Shown piece after piece: positions 61,980-64,000 of a stretch of 64,000 nt of DNA. Position 1 is the stretch's first letter, and each line of letters begins with the position of its first letter. The DNA is from Symbiobacterium thermophilum (GTDB lineage Bacteria; Bacillota; Sulfobacillia; UBA995), in the NCBI GenBank assembly GCA_020725145.1, contig DYFO01000003.1:1324-65323 (forward strand), given 5' to 3'. The notes below the pieces were generated by a model. It was given only the letters and a program-made list of their open reading frames with translations, had not been told where the DNA came from and ran no database searches. The translations under genes were made by a program, and so were the position numbers.

Positions 61980-62546
61980 TCAGGTGCCGCCCCGGGGCAT
62001 GCAGATGATCTCCACGATGCGGGTGGCGAAGAAGTCCCGCGCATGCGCCGGGCGGATGACCACGGCGGTATCCGCGCCGCTTCCCGTGCCGCCCACCGCG
62101 ACGATCTCCTTTCCGTAAGGGACCAGACCCGCGTCCAGGGCCATCACCGCGATCTCCACCGCCACCTTCAGCCCTTGCCCGAACATGCGCAGGGTATGCG
62201 AGACCACGCCGCCAACGTACAAACCGCCGAACTGGTTGGTGACCGCCCGCTCGAGGTTGGCGAGCAGGTGGGTGGTGGTGAGCACCTTGACCCCCCGGTC
62301 GATCAGGTGCTGCCGTTCGCCGGCAGGCATCTCGTCGTCGCCGGGCGAACGGAAGCCCACGTGGTGGGTGACGCACACCAGATTGCCCGGCCCGCCGTCG
62401 CCCCGCTCCTCAAGGAGCATCCGCATGGTGGCACCGGTGGTGGACGCCACCACCAGGTCCTCCAGCCCCAGCGCCCGCGCCCGCTCGAGGGCGGCTCGCA
62501 GCGCGGGGCGGGTGGCCGCCTCGCCTGGGTGCTCCCAGTACCGCAT
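61980..62546 (-). CDS. conserved hypothetical alpha/beta protein (188 aa)
   Basis: Coding-like composition (VVASTTGATMRML ... VAVGGTGSGADTAVVIRPAHA). Start overlaps the stop of the upstream TetR gene. Confidence 0.55.
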   Translation of the reverse strand: MRYWEHPGEAATRPALRAALERARALGLEDLVVASTTGATMRMLLEERGDGGPGNLVCVTHHVGFRSPGDDEMPAGERQHLIDRGVKVLTTTHLLANLERAVTNQFGGLYVGGVVSHTLRMFGQGLKVAVEIAVMALDAGLVPYGKEIVAVGGTGSGADTAVVIRPAHARDFFATRIVEIICMPRGGT

Positions 62547-63175
62547 CAGCGTCCCTCCCGGTCCCGCCCGCCGGCCGCCGGCGCCAGCAGGCCGTTGAAG
62601 ATGAGGTCGGTGAAGATATCCGCGATCTGCTCAGAGGCAAAGCGGCCGCTGGGGTTGTACCACCGGTATATCCAGTTGGTCATCCCCAGCAGCGCGTAGG
62701 TGGTGAGCTTGGGGTCAAGCGCGCGGAACTCGCCGGACTTCATGCCGTCGCTGACGATGCGCTGCAGGAGACGTTCGTAGCGAAGACGGTGGATGTCGAT
62801 GACCTCTTCCTGGCCCGGCGACAGCACCCTGGTTTCCCGCAGGAAGATGCTGAGCATGTCAAGCCGCTGCGAGATGGCCCGCACGTGCGCGGCGATGGCC
62901 TCGCGCAGTTTCTCACGGGGGCTGAGCGGCCGGGCGTAGATGGCCTCAAGTTCCCGAGCCATCGAGCCTATCGCTTCCTCGAAGATCTTGAAGAGGAGTT
63001 CCTGCTTGCTCGAGATGTAGTAGTACAGGCTTCCCTTCTGCATGCCGACCGCGTTGGCGATTTCCTGCATGGAGGCGGCGTGGTACCCCTTTTCGCGGAA
63101 GATCCGCATGGCGGCCTCCCGGATCTCGGCCTCCTTGGACATGTCGCCTCCCCCCAAGGCTGTCTTTTCAAACAA
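62546..63175 (-). CDS. TetR/AcrR family transcriptional regulator
   Basis: N-terminal HTH (AAMRIFREKGYHAASMQEIANAVGMQKGSLYYYISSKQELL). TTGATC, 17-nt spacer, TATAAT promoter with CTTGGCA repeats at 63185-63235. Confidence 0.85.
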   Translation of the reverse strand: MFEKTALGGGDMSKEAEIREAAMRIFREKGYHAASMQEIANAVGMQKGSLYYYISSKQELLFKIFEEAIGSMARELEAIYARPLSPREKLREAIAAHVRAISQRLDMLSIFLRETRVLSPGQEEVIDIHRLRYERLLQRIVSDGMKSGEFRALDPKLTTYALLGMTNWIYRWYNPSGRFASEQIADIFTDLIFNGLLAPAAGGRDREGR

Positions 63176-63238
63176 ACGGCCGTTATGTAATCAGAATTAT
63201 ATCACTGCTTGGCAGCCCGATCAACTTGGCAAGCACGG

Positions 63239-64000
63239 TCAGCCGCCCGGCGTCAACACCTCGGGATTGACCGGATGCGGGGGTCGCCTGCCCTCGAGGG
63301 CCTCGAGCAGGTTGTCCACCGCCAGCTCGGCCATGCGCGCCCGGGTCGCCAGCGTGGCGCTGCCGATGTGTGGTAAGGCCACCACGTTCGCAAGCGTCAG
63401 CAGGGGATGGCCGGGGTCAACGGGCTCACGCGCGTACACGTCCAGTCCCGCGCCGGCGATCCGCCCCTCTGCCAGGGCCTCGTACAGGGCCTGCTCGTCC
63501 ACCAGCTCGCCGCGCGAGGTGTTGATCAGGAAGGCGGTCGGCCGCATGAGCCCAAGCTCCGCGCGGCCGATCATCCCCCGGGTAGCGGCCGTCAGCGGCG
63601 CGTGCAGGCTGACAAAGTCGGAGCGGACCAGGAGCTCCGGAAGCGAGACGTAGCACACTCCCAGTTCCTCTTCGGCTTCGGGGTGGCGCCGCGGGCCGTG
63701 ATATAAGAGCTCCATGGAAAAACCGCGGGCCCGGCGGGCTACCGCGCGGCCGATACGTCCCAGGCCGATCAGGCCCAGGCACGACCCGTGCACATCGTGT
63801 CCCAGTAAGAGACCGGGGTCCCAGGCCTCCCATTTGCCCGAGCGGGTGAAGCGATCCGCCTCCACCAGGCGGCGGGCGGCGGCCAGGATGAGGCCGAAGG
63901 CAAGGTCGGCGGTGGTTTCGGTCAGCACTCCGGGGGTATGGGTAACCAGCACCCCGTGTCGGGTGGCGGCGGCCACATCCACGTTGTTGTACCCGGCGGC
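63239..64000 (-). CDS. D-isomer-specific 2-hydroxyacid dehydrogenase (partial; N-terminus beyond the window end)
   Basis: NAD-binding GLIGLGRIGRAV and catalytic RGELVDEQAL ... HIGSAT motifs. Frame open to 64000. Confidence 0.85.
   Translation of the reverse strand, partial: AAGYNNVDVAAATRHGVLVTHTPGVLTETTADLAFGLILAAARRLVEADRFTRSGKWEAWDPGLLLGHDVHGSCLGLIGLGRIGRAVARRARGFSMELLYHGPRRHPEAEEELGVCYVSLPELLVRSDFVSLHAPLTAATRGMIGRAELGLMRPTAFLINTSRGELVDEQALYEALAEGRIAGAGLDVYAREPVDPGHPLLTLANVVALPHIGSATLATRARMAELAVDNLLEALEGRRPPHPVNPEVLTPGG

Overview
This window is a chromosomal core segment from a high-GC (about 70%) endospore-forming Firmicute with a Clostridia-like gene order, possibly a Symbiobacterium- or Thermaerobacter-type genome. 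Almost all genes lie on the + strand and are tightly packed, with many 4-nt start/stop overlaps.

Left to right the genes are: prfA (5' partial), prmC, tsaC/sua5, LMW-PTP (ywlE-like), rpiB, dCMP deaminase, a MazG-like NTPase, tagO, mnaA, murA, spoIID, a SpoIIQ-like M23 peptidase, spoIIID, mbl/mreB and fabZ. Next come a HEPN/MNT toxin-antitoxin pair and a SAM-I riboswitch controlling a MetE-like gene and metK. These are followed by a truncated GT2-like gene, recD2, comFC, a DnaA-box cluster plus a decayed lysA remnant, then cspA and hpf. A lower-GC sensor/signalling insert sits between hpf and secA: a DUF1858/DUF438-hemerythrin-PAS protein, an HD-GYP protein and three hypotheticals. Then come secA, prfB with its programmed +1 frameshift, and a DUF2993-like protein.

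The second half holds two paralogous large membrane proteins directly upstream of csaB-tagA. After them come a split transketolase, ftsEX with an EnvC-like M23 peptidase, a Ctp protease and a PDZ membrane protein. Next are an ADP-forming acyl-CoA synthetase, an orphan sugar-binding lipoprotein on the minus strand, uvrBAC with a Cheo-type SOS box, and ogt. A DUF2089 / SHOCT / DUF4097 envelope-stress-like cluster and an MFS transporter follow. On the minus strand are a TetR operon and a partial 2-hydroxyacid dehydrogenase gene that runs off the window end.

No rRNA, tRNA, CRISPR array or transposase was found. The large antisense ORFs in the six-frame track are high-GC artefacts. The feature list gives coordinates and per-call confidence; the findings below set out what looks unusual and how to check it.
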